A stretch of 43,978 nt of DNA, from contig JARGFH010000030.1 of the NCBI GenBank assembly GCA_029210695.1, positions 1 through 43,978 of the forward strand. Reading direction: 5' to 3'. The translations under genes were made by a program, and so were the position numbers. The notes under the pieces were generated by a model. It made no database searches. It was not told the DNA's origin and saw only the letters and a list, made by a program, of their open reading frames with translations. Positions 9,158 to 17,417 of the stretch are shown here, in pieces. The DNA comes from Acidimicrobiia bacterium (GTDB lineage Bacteria; Actinomycetota; Acidimicrobiia; Spongiisociales; JAHEDJ01). Position 1 is the stretch's first letter. Each line of letters opens with the position of its first letter.

Positions 9158-10114
9158 GTGAAGAAGGTCCTCTTCGTCGCCCTCACCGCGCTCGTGGTGA
9201 TCATCTTGATTTCGGTGACGGCCGACTCCGAACGTGTGCTGCTATTGCCGGACGCGTTCAGCGCCGATTCGATCTGGAACACGCCGCTGCCGGAAGACGT
9301 TCCGCTACATCCGCGCTCCGATGAGATGATCTCGTTCCTGGCGTCGGATAACGCGCTACAGGGGTGTATCACCCTGGCCGGAGCCGAGAACAATTGGGGC
9401 ATGCCGATCTATGTCGCTGATGCGGATTCACCGACATATAGCGTGACGTCCACCAAGTATCCGGTTCCGCCGGAGTTCGCATCGTTGCGCATCCCGCGCC
9501 GCGCCTTGCCGGCGGACACATCGGACGCCGAGATGGTGATATACGACCTCGATCGAGGGGTAGTGGCACAGCTTTCGAAAGCTCGGTACGACGGTGATCG
9601 CGACGCGTGGACTGTGAGCGGCGGGAGCATCGCCTACCTGGAGTCGAACGGTCTGGACGGCTCGTTGCCGGCTTCAGATGAACGCCGCAATCGGGGAACC
9701 TTTCGGGGTTACAACGGCGCCGTGGCGGCCGTTCATTACGACGACGTCGCGGATGGGGTGTTGGACAACGTTGTCAAGATCGGGGTTCATAGATCGCATG
9801 TGGATGCGGTCTCACCAATGGTGGGTAGCGACGGCGACCTCGTCGCCGACGGCGTACCCCGCCAGGGCATGCGGCTCCGCATACGTCCGGAGTTGGACCT
9901 CACCACCCTGGGACTGGCACCACAGGCCTTGATCATTGCCACGGGCCTCCAGGAGTACGGGGCGATTATCGGCGACAGCACGGGCGGGGCCATCGTTCTC
10001 ATGCTGGAAGACACGGACCGGAGTGGCTCGGGAGGTCGATGGGACCTCGACGAGTTTGGTCTCTGTGCCATCACCGCAGCCGACCTCCAGATCGTTGACA
10101 CCGGGTCTGGATGA
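9158..10114 (+). CDS. Secreted protein of unknown function (paralogue of the N-terminal domain of the next gene)
   Basis: Signal peptide MKKVLFVALTALVV...TA. Shares FSADSxWNTP, NWGMP, PPEFAxLRIP and GLQExGxIxxDSTGGA with the downstream ORF. Confidence 0.8.
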   Translation: MKKVLFVALTALVVIILISVTADSERVLLLPDAFSADSIWNTPLPEDVPLHPRSDEMISFLASDNALQGCITLAGAENNWGMPIYVADADSPTYSVTSTKYPVPPEFASLRIPRRALPADTSDAEMVIYDLDRGVVAQLSKARYDGDRDAWTVSGGSIAYLESNGLDGSLPASDERRNRGTFRGYNGAVAAVHYDDVADGVLDNVVKIGVHRSHVDAVSPMVGSDGDLVADGVPRQGMRLRIRPELDLTTLGLAPQALIIATGLQEYGAIIGDSTGGAIVLMLEDTDRSGSGGRWDLDEFGLCAITAADLQIVDTGSG

Positions 10115-10229
10115 CCCGCCGTCGGGTACACCCACACCGGTTTGGGGTAGTGGCCGCCAATCGACGATACTCTGCCGACACTGTGCGCTGGGGATTGCGA
10201 CGACGGAACTCCACAAGGAGACTCAACAC

Positions 10230-11705
10230 ATGACTCGTCAATTGACTCGCCTAGCTCTCGCCCTCGCTATCGGGCTAATGGTGATCTCCGCAGATGTTGC
10301 TTCTGCTGCCGAACCTGCGCCCGACGCATTCTCAGCCGACTCGTTCTGGAACACGCCGGTGGCCCCCGACGCAACGGTCCATCCCAATTCCGACAACATC
10401 ATCGACTTCCTCGTGGCCGACAACGACCTCGACGGGTGCATCACCCTCGGAGGCGCGGCCGACAGCAGCAACTGGGGCATGCCGACCTTCGTGGCCGATT
10501 CGTCCGACCCCGAAACACCCGTGTCAACGGTCAAATGGGATGTACCACCGGAGTTCGCGCATCTGCGGATTCCAATCGGAGCAACAGCTGCGGACAACTC
10601 CGACGGGGAAATGGTCGTCTACGACCTGGTGGCCGGCGTGGTCGCTCAGCTCTCGAAGGCCGTGTATTCCTCCGGAACCTGGACGGTGAGTGGAGGCAGT
10701 GTTGCCTACCTCGACTCAAACGGCCTCGACGGATCACTCCCCCAATCGGATGAGCCGAAAAACGGCGGGACGTTCCGCGGATATCCGGGATCAACAGCCA
10801 TGGTGCACTACGACGACGTGGCCGGCGGTCGCCTCGACAACGTCGTCAAGATCGGGGTCAACACCGCCAACGCGAGATTCGTGTTTCCGATGATCGGTAG
10901 CGATGGCGACACATCGAACCCGGACGCTCCACTGCAGGGAATGCACATTCGGATCCGTCCAGATGTGGATCTCGCCGGCCTGGGCCTCACAGGCCAGGCG
11001 TTGACCATCGCCAGGGGTCTTCAGGAATTCGGGATGATCGTCGCCGACAGCACAGGAGGAGCCGTAGTACTCGCGCTGGAAGATACGGTGGCCGGCGGAC
11101 GGGGGAACCTCTGGAAACTCAACCGCGAGAGTCTGTGTGCCATCACCGGCGCCCACCTCGAGGTGCTTGCCGATTCCGGCACACCAACCTCTCCAAGTGG
11201 TTTCACGGATGTCGCCGGTCACTTCTTCGAACCCGACATCACCTGGCTCGTAGAGGCGGGCATCACCAAGGGATGCGGGTCCGGTCGTTTCTGCCCGGAT
11301 GCGCCTGTCTCACGAGGTCAGATGGCTGCCTTCCTATCGCGAGCGCTCAACCTCGAGACGGCGCCGTCTGCGGGATTCACCGATACCGTCGGACACTTCT
11401 TCGAGCGTGACATTGATCGGTTGTTCGCGGCGAACGTGACCCGCGGCTGTGCCACAGGGATCTTCTGCCCCGACAGACTGATGACCCGGGGCGAGATGGC
11501 CGCGTTTCTGGTCCGGGGTTTTGGACTGCCGGCCGCCCCGCCGTATCCCTTCACCGATACCGTCGGAAGCTACTTCTCGCACGATATCGACCGGTTGGCG
11601 GCCTCGGGTATCACACGTGGGTGCACCGCATCGACCTTCTGTCCGAACGACCATGTGACCCGCGGTCAAATGGCAGCATTCCTGAGAAGGGCAAAAGAAG
11701 GCTGA
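10230..11705 (+). CDS. Secreted unknown domain + three S-layer homology (SLH) repeats
   Basis: AAGGAG RBS, signal peptide ending ASA, three FTD...GITxGC...FCP...RGQMAAFL repeats. Confidence 0.88.
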   Translation: MTRQLTRLALALAIGLMVISADVASAAEPAPDAFSADSFWNTPVAPDATVHPNSDNIIDFLVADNDLDGCITLGGAADSSNWGMPTFVADSSDPETPVSTVKWDVPPEFAHLRIPIGATAADNSDGEMVVYDLVAGVVAQLSKAVYSSGTWTVSGGSVAYLDSNGLDGSLPQSDEPKNGGTFRGYPGSTAMVHYDDVAGGRLDNVVKIGVNTANARFVFPMIGSDGDTSNPDAPLQGMHIRIRPDVDLAGLGLTGQALTIARGLQEFGMIVADSTGGAVVLALEDTVAGGRGNLWKLNRESLCAITGAHLEVLADSGTPTSPSGFTDVAGHFFEPDITWLVEAGITKGCGSGRFCPDAPVSRGQMAAFLSRALNLETAPSAGFTDTVGHFFERDIDRLFAANVTRGCATGIFCPDRLMTRGEMAAFLVRGFGLPAAPPYPFTDTVGSYFSHDIDRLAASGITRGCTASTFCPNDHVTRGQMAAFLRRAKEG

Positions 11706-11720
11706 TCCGGCAGTGTCATT

Positions 11721-13271
11721 TTGAGCAACAAACAGATTGGAGACGCCAAAACCTCCGTCTCGGAAACAGATGATTCGGAGTCACACAGCCAGGTGCGCGG
11801 CTCGAGTTTGTTGTTATCAGGTCAGCTGGTCGCAACCGCCATCAGCTACGCCACGCAGATCCTCATTATTCGCTACTTGAGCAAGAGCGACTACGGCGCC
11901 TTCGCGTACGCCCTCTCAATCGTGGCCGTTCTGCAAGCGGCGGTCCAGTTTGGCTTCGACCGCGGCCTGTCGAGATACCTGCCGATCTACGACGAGAAGT
12001 CCGACACCGGTTCCATCATCGGAGCCATCACGTTCGTCGGCGGTATGGCCGCTGGGTTTGGCTCGGTGGCCGCGGTGGTTTTCTGGACTACCCGTTCGCT
12101 CATCGAAGGTGCCCTCATTGAGGACCCGCTGGCAGTGTCGGTTTTGGCGATACTGGTGGTGCTTGCGCCGGTGGATGCGCTCGACAACTTGCTCATCACC
12201 ATCCTGGCCGCGTTCCGTCGGACCGGTGCGATCTTCCTTCGACGCTACGTCGTTGCCCCGTTGCTCAAATTCGCGACTGTCGTGCTGCTGATAGGCACGG
12301 GCAGCAACGTCAAGTTCCTCGCAGTCGGGTACGCGACCGCCGGCTTCATCGGACTGGTGGTCTTCGCTTCAGTGCTGGGTCGTTATCTCTCTTTACGTCG
12401 TTCGAAAGATCCGATGAGCCCCATTCGATTTCCGATCCGGGAGTTGGCGACGTTCTCGTTGCCCCTGTTGACCACTGATCTCGTATTCATGGTGTTCAAC
12501 GCCTCGGACTCGATAATGCTGGAGTGGTTCGGGTCGACGGTCGACGTTGCGACCCTACGGGCTGTCCAACCAACCGCCCGCCTGAATCAACTCGTGTTGT
12601 CTGCGTTCGGTGTGCTCTACATCCCCTACATAGCCAGGCTCTTTGCGCGAGGAGAACACGACGAAGTTGGCAGACGGTACTGGCAAACCGTCAACTGGGT
12701 GGTGATGCTATCCCTACCCGTCTTGAGCCTTTGCCTGTTGTTTCCCAACGAGTTGACCGGCCGACTCCTGGGCGGTGACTATGCCGATTCGGCAGCGGTG
12801 CTGGGCGTGCTCGCCGTCGGGTACTTCATCCATGCGATGTTCGGGTTCAACGGAATGACTCTCAACGTGTACAGGAAGATCGGATACCTGGTCGGCGTGA
12901 ACCTTGCGGCGGTATCGGTCAACGTAGCTCTCAATCTTGCGCTCATCCCATCGATGGGACCTCTGGGAGCTGCGATCGGGACCACTGGGTCCTTCCTCTT
13001 TCACAATATCGCCAAACAGTACGGACTGATTCGAAGAGTGGGGCTCTCACGGGCTAGTTCCTCGACCTGGCGGCTATACGCATTGGTGATTGGCGTCGCA
13101 ACAACTTCGGCGGTCGTCGGCTACGGAAGCGGGATTCCATTCTGGGGTCGAGTCGGCCTTTGGGCTGCTTTCGGCGCAATTGCCATTCTTGTAGGACGTA
13201 AGATCCTTCGAATCGATGAAGCCTTCCCCGGTCTGGCCAGGATTCCGTTGATCCGCCGCATCTTCCGATGA
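11721..13271 (+). CDS. wzx: Wzx-type polysaccharide flippase (MOP superfamily)
   Basis: Many TM helices. IIRYLSKSDYGAFAY, FSLPL...DSIML, NVALNLALIPSMGPLGAAI. Confidence 0.88.
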   Translation: MSNKQIGDAKTSVSETDDSESHSQVRGSSLLLSGQLVATAISYATQILIIRYLSKSDYGAFAYALSIVAVLQAAVQFGFDRGLSRYLPIYDEKSDTGSIIGAITFVGGMAAGFGSVAAVVFWTTRSLIEGALIEDPLAVSVLAILVVLAPVDALDNLLITILAAFRRTGAIFLRRYVVAPLLKFATVVLLIGTGSNVKFLAVGYATAGFIGLVVFASVLGRYLSLRRSKDPMSPIRFPIRELATFSLPLLTTDLVFMVFNASDSIMLEWFGSTVDVATLRAVQPTARLNQLVLSAFGVLYIPYIARLFARGEHDEVGRRYWQTVNWVVMLSLPVLSLCLLFPNELTGRLLGGDYADSAAVLGVLAVGYFIHAMFGFNGMTLNVYRKIGYLVGVNLAAVSVNVALNLALIPSMGPLGAAIGTTGSFLFHNIAKQYGLIRRVGLSRASSSTWRLYALVIGVATTSAVVGYGSGIPFWGRVGLWAAFGAIAILVGRKILRIDEAFPGLARIPLIRRIFR

Positions 13272-14797
13272 TGGTGCTCGAGGAGACTCGACGGCTAGTC
13301 ATGGCCCCGTCGTCCAACCTTCCCCAAACCGAAAACGGCTCATGGTTGTTTCTGTTGGCCGGCCTCGACCATGTGGTCTGCCTGGGCCTCCCGCCTCGAG
13401 CTGTAATCAGCCTGCTGCGCGCCACGGCCAAACGGGTGACGATCCTCCCGGAGGGATCCGAAGTCACCGAAGGCGATCATGCTGCAGCCTTCGTGGTAGC
13501 CAGCGACGATGAGGCCTGGGTGGATGAGGCTTCACGCGGCTACAAGTCCTCGATCGAGGCAGGTGCCAGCGTCGTGCAGCTCGCCGGCAGCGCCCGGGCG
13601 TTAGAGGGCGGCCGATGGATCGTGCTCGAAATCACATCCCCTCCTGATTCGGTTTGGGTGCGGCGCCTCAAACGACTCGTCCAACTGGCCCAATCCCGTG
13701 TCGCTGCCATCGCCCGGGGTCAAATCGCTCCTTCCGCTCGTCGCCACCCTTCAGATGTTGCCTTCATACGTGTCCCATCAGAAACCCGAACGGAACCCGA
13801 CCCGGCAGCCCTCTCAATAGGAAGTCGGTCCCTCGAGCTTCCATCGTTCGTTCGGGAAATAGCTGCTGCTGCGGGCTACGACTTTGCAGATCGTGAGTGG
13901 TCGTTTGGGCCGCCCCGTGGTTTCTCCTCGCAGAAGGTGGTATTCGTGATCGAGGGCACCGACGCAACCCCGGAGATCGTGGTCAAACTCACTCAGGAAT
14001 CCCGCTTCAATCGACGATTGCAAGCCGAAGCCGGTTCCCTGCATCGCTGGGCATCGGAAACTGTCTCTTTCGCCACGCCTCGCGTGGTTTTCGAGGGCCT
14101 GCACGATGATCGTCTCGTTCTCGGGCAGACCGCTGTCTCTGGCCGGCCCTTCCGAGCGGTCGCAGAGCCCGATCCGGCCGGTCGCATCGCCGGTGCCGGA
14201 TACCGGGCGATCATCGATCTCTCGACGAATTCGGTCCAGCCGACCGCGGCCGGTGAAAGCGCGACGGCTCTGTCGTCACTCACCGCCGACTTCGGGAAAG
14301 CCTTCCGGCCTCCGGATTCGACGGCTGCCGCGATCAGCGCGACCGCCGACCGGCTCGGAGCGCTCGAGCTTCCGGCTGTGTTCATGCACGGCGATCTCGG
14401 CGTGTGGAACTTGCTGGTCGACCCGGATGGCAGGATCGGCATTCTGGATTGGGAAAACGGCGACCCTCGCGGGATGCCGTTGTGGGATCTATTCGTGTAT
14501 TCCCGCACTCTGGGCGTATTCCTGGCCGATGCGCGGGGCGTTAGATACTCGCCAGCGGTATTCGCCAGACAGTTCCTCAAAGATTCGGCGCTGCGCCGGT
14601 CCATGTTCGAGTGGATTCGAGAGTATCGTCGATATGTGGAAATTCCGGTACGTGCGGTCGACGACCTCTTCATCATGTGCTTGGTGCAGCAGGCAGTTCG
14701 GGAAGCGGCGAGTTTGGAAGATCCGGCATGGTTGGCATCTCACGGCACGCGATACCTGGCCTCTGCCCTGGCCCGCCCACTTGGATTCGAAGGCTAG
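13268..14797 (+). CDS. APH/choline-kinase-like phosphotransferase with a long N-terminal extension
   Basis: VVKL, HGDLGVWNLL, ILDWE, PLWDL. ATGA overlap with the flippase gene. Confidence 0.8.
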   Translation: MMVLEETRRLVMAPSSNLPQTENGSWLFLLAGLDHVVCLGLPPRAVISLLRATAKRVTILPEGSEVTEGDHAAAFVVASDDEAWVDEASRGYKSSIEAGASVVQLAGSARALEGGRWIVLEITSPPDSVWVRRLKRLVQLAQSRVAAIARGQIAPSARRHPSDVAFIRVPSETRTEPDPAALSIGSRSLELPSFVREIAAAAGYDFADREWSFGPPRGFSSQKVVFVIEGTDATPEIVVKLTQESRFNRRLQAEAGSLHRWASETVSFATPRVVFEGLHDDRLVLGQTAVSGRPFRAVAEPDPAGRIAGAGYRAIIDLSTNSVQPTAAGESATALSSLTADFGKAFRPPDSTAAAISATADRLGALELPAVFMHGDLGVWNLLVDPDGRIGILDWENGDPRGMPLWDLFVYSRTLGVFLADARGVRYSPAVFARQFLKDSALRRSMFEWIREYRRYVEIPVRAVDDLFIMCLVQQAVREAASLEDPAWLASHGTRYLASALARPLGFEG

Positions 14798-14836
14798 CGT
14801 GATCAAGCCTCCGCGACCGGCAACGAGATCAACAGC

Positions 14837-16132
14837 ATGAGCCCGATTGTCGTTCTGACCCTGCTAACTGCATCGTTGCCGGCGATCGTCGCAGTCGCCG
14901 TTTGGATGTGGCGGCGACCGATTCGCTTCCTCGCCGCCTATTTTGCGGTCTTGCCGGTTGGTTCGGCAGTTTCGTTGCCGCTGGGTTTGCCCTCGTCGTT
15001 CTCCACGGTGTCGTCGTTACTCGGTCTTCTTGTCATAGCTGTGTACTTTCGGAGATGGAAACGCGAGCGACCGCCACTGCGGATTCCGTCGCTTAGCGTG
15101 CCGGTATGGGCGATCTACCTGGCCCTCGCCGCCGCCAGCACTGCATGGTCCATCAGGAGTAGCGCCACAATCAACGGATTGCTGGTCCTGATCAGCCTGA
15201 TCGGCCTCTTCTTCGTGGTTGTCGTGACACCGATCACGAGCCAGGAGTTGGGTTACCTCAGAGCCTGGATCGCCACCGGGGCAGCCCTAACTGGTCTCTA
15301 TGGGATTGTCCTCGCCGCGACCGGAAATCTGCAGAAGACCGGCGCCGGCCTGGCCCGTTTCATGGTTACCGGCGCAGGAGGTGGCGACCGTGGTGACCCG
15401 AACATAACCGCCGCAGCATTCCTGGTACCGATTTCCATCGCGTTGTGGGAAGGCCTCAATCCGGATCGGTCTCGAAAAAGCCGTGGGTGGTACCTCACGG
15501 CGGCTGCACTGGCCGGATCAGCGGTGCTGTTGACGGCGTCGAGAGGCGGGCTCCTCTCGCTGGGGGTCGTCTCGGTTGTGACCATCCTCTCGAGAAAGAG
15601 AGGAATATTGTCGCTCGTACTGCTCGGCCTGATGGTGCTTCCGACGATGCTCCTGATCCCCTCCACCTTCCAGGAACGGGCGGACAATACGGGGACGAGC
15701 GGTCGGACCGAGATCTGGCGTCTTGCCATCGACAGCTGCCCGCAATATTGCCCGACCGGCAGCGGATACGGAACGTTTGCCGATGTGCACGAGGCGGCGA
15801 TCCTCGTATCAGAAGATGCCACGGGAACGAAACTACGGTATCAGGCCCACTCGATCTGGCTCGAAGCTTTGATCGAGCTCGGAGTCCTCGGGTTTGCCCT
15901 CCTGATCGTGGCATTCGCCATTACGATGAATGACCTGATCCATGTGAACATTGCCGAGCGCGGAGGCGCGCTGGCAGGTCTAATCGGCTTACTGGTGGCG
16001 AATACGTTTCTCTCAACCCTGACCTTCAAGTACTTCTGGCTGGGTCTGATCTACGCTCTCCTGGTGGTCGGCTCCGCGGCCGACAAGACTTCAATCAGCC
16101 CTCTTCACCCAGCAGGTCACTCGGCGCGGTGA
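14837..16132 (+). CDS. O-antigen ligase/Wzy polymerase family membrane protein
   Basis: DPN, LLTASRGG, GRTEIW, GSGYGTF and AHSIWLEALIELGVLG (Wzy_C motifs). Multiple TM helices. Confidence 0.88.
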   Translation: MSPIVVLTLLTASLPAIVAVAVWMWRRPIRFLAAYFAVLPVGSAVSLPLGLPSSFSTVSSLLGLLVIAVYFRRWKRERPPLRIPSLSVPVWAIYLALAAASTAWSIRSSATINGLLVLISLIGLFFVVVVTPITSQELGYLRAWIATGAALTGLYGIVLAATGNLQKTGAGLARFMVTGAGGGDRGDPNITAAAFLVPISIALWEGLNPDRSRKSRGWYLTAAALAGSAVLLTASRGGLLSLGVVSVVTILSRKRGILSLVLLGLMVLPTMLLIPSTFQERADNTGTSGRTEIWRLAIDSCPQYCPTGSGYGTFADVHEAAILVSEDATGTKLRYQAHSIWLEALIELGVLGFALLIVAFAITMNDLIHVNIAERGGALAGLIGLLVANTFLSTLTFKYFWLGLIYALLVVGSAADKTSISPLHPAGHSAR

Positions 16133-17231
16133 GATCAACGGCTTGTTCGATCCAGTCGACCACCACCTGGCGACGGACGTCAATTGCGCCTGCCAGCCAT
16201 CTGGGATCGGCGTTGGCCAGATCCTTCAGAGTTGTAATTCCTGCAGTCGCGAGCCTGGCCCCGAAAATCGGACCGATGCCGTTGATGGACTCGACGACCT
16301 CTGAGGCCGCCTCATGGGATGAGATCAGCGAACGGACCGGCGCTGATCGCTGCATCTCGTCCATGAACACCACGAGAGGCTGATCTCCGACCAGATCTGA
16401 CTGCTCGTCTTGATCCCGACCGTCGGTAGGCGCGACGGCAAGCCGCCTGCCCTGCCCGTCGCCCCCGGCGGTGCGCCGGTACGCACTCCCATCTTCATCC
16501 CATGTCTCCCATTGGTCACCGGTGGCGCCAACCGAATGCGCGGAGTCTGCATGAGTTCTGACGACTGAGACGGGCCGTGCGGATGGATCGGGCTGTAAAC
16601 CCTTGACGTAGAAGGTGATCAACGTCGCCATTCCGATGGCTGACGCCAAACCGGCCACCACGCTCAATACGATGATGAGGAGGCGGGGACCCGCAAGCGG
16701 AGTTGTTGGTACCGTCGCCTCGATCTGAAGGGCAAACTCACCGAATCCGGGGCCGACCCGGTTCAGTTCCTCCGCCAGGGCTTGGCCCGCTGCATTGGCA
16801 TAGAGTGCGGCAAGCTCAGGATCGGGATGCAACGCTTCGATCCCGACAACCCACGTATTCTCGAGAGGTTCGGCTGTAACAATGTCGGGAATGAGGTCGG
16901 CCGGGAGGATGCCGGTTCCTGCCCGTTCCGCCGCTAGGGCGGCGACGGTGCCGCCGTTGAAGATGGCGACGGCTGTTCGCGGGAATGATTCGACACGGAT
17001 TTCCAGCTGGGACGCCACCACCAACGCTTCGGCGTGATACAACGGCTCGTCCGGTTCGACGATCCAGGCTACAAAGTTCACGGCGGAGATCACGATGAGG
17101 GCGAGCAGCAAGAACTGCAACCAACCGCGCCGGAGGGTGGTAACAATGTCGAGAGGTCCCACCTGAACCGATGGGCGTTGACCGGTTTGGGCGTTGTCGG
17201 CTGCGCTTCGTGAGAGGCTTGGATCAGTCAT
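16095..17231 (-). CDS. Wzz/CapA-like chain-length protein with a C-terminal helix-hairpin-helix domain
   Basis: TM1 (LRRGWLQFLLLALIV), YHAEA, DPELAALYANA, Pro-rich P..P..PR before TM2. C-terminal INGIGPIFGARLATAGITTLKDLA...WIEQA. Confidence 0.65.
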   Translation of the reverse strand: MTDPSLSRSAADNAQTGQRPSVQVGPLDIVTTLRRGWLQFLLLALIVISAVNFVAWIVEPDEPLYHAEALVVASQLEIRVESFPRTAVAIFNGGTVAALAAERAGTGILPADLIPDIVTAEPLENTWVVGIEALHPDPELAALYANAAGQALAEELNRVGPGFGEFALQIEATVPTTPLAGPRLLIIVLSVVAGLASAIGMATLITFYVKGLQPDPSARPVSVVRTHADSAHSVGATGDQWETWDEDGSAYRRTAGGDGQGRRLAVAPTDGRDQDEQSDLVGDQPLVVFMDEMQRSAPVRSLISSHEAASEVVESINGIGPIFGARLATAGITTLKDLANADPRWLAGAIDVRRQVVVDWIEQAVDLTAPSDLLGEEG

Positions 17232-17290
17232 GGATTACGCTCATAGTACAAGACTCAGGGAGCGACGCCTCCAAAACAATATGTTGCGGA

Positions 17291-17306
17291 AAGTGTTCGA
17301 ACACTT
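17291..17306. promoter_or_regulatory. Perfect 16-bp palindrome in a divergent intergenic region
   Basis: AAGTGTTCGAACACTT is its own reverse complement. Confidence 0.5.
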
Positions 17307-17417
17307 GCAGAACGCGTTCAGCCCTGCTGCAATGCTGACGAAACCCGGTGCGCTGGCATAATGGGGATTCGCGTTGGCAGACCAACCAACGTTCTCGCAG
17401 ATATTAGGGGCCTAAGA

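Noticed and set aside
3379..14797. APH-like genes as aminoglycoside resistance and TMK-like genes as housekeeping tmk
   Set aside because: Only fold-level motifs match. The polysaccharide context and extra domains argue otherwise.
17291..17320. GTTCGAAC / GAACGCGTTC as a LexA SOS box
   Set aside because: The actinobacterial box is GAAC-N4-GTTC. The spacing and orientation here do not fit.
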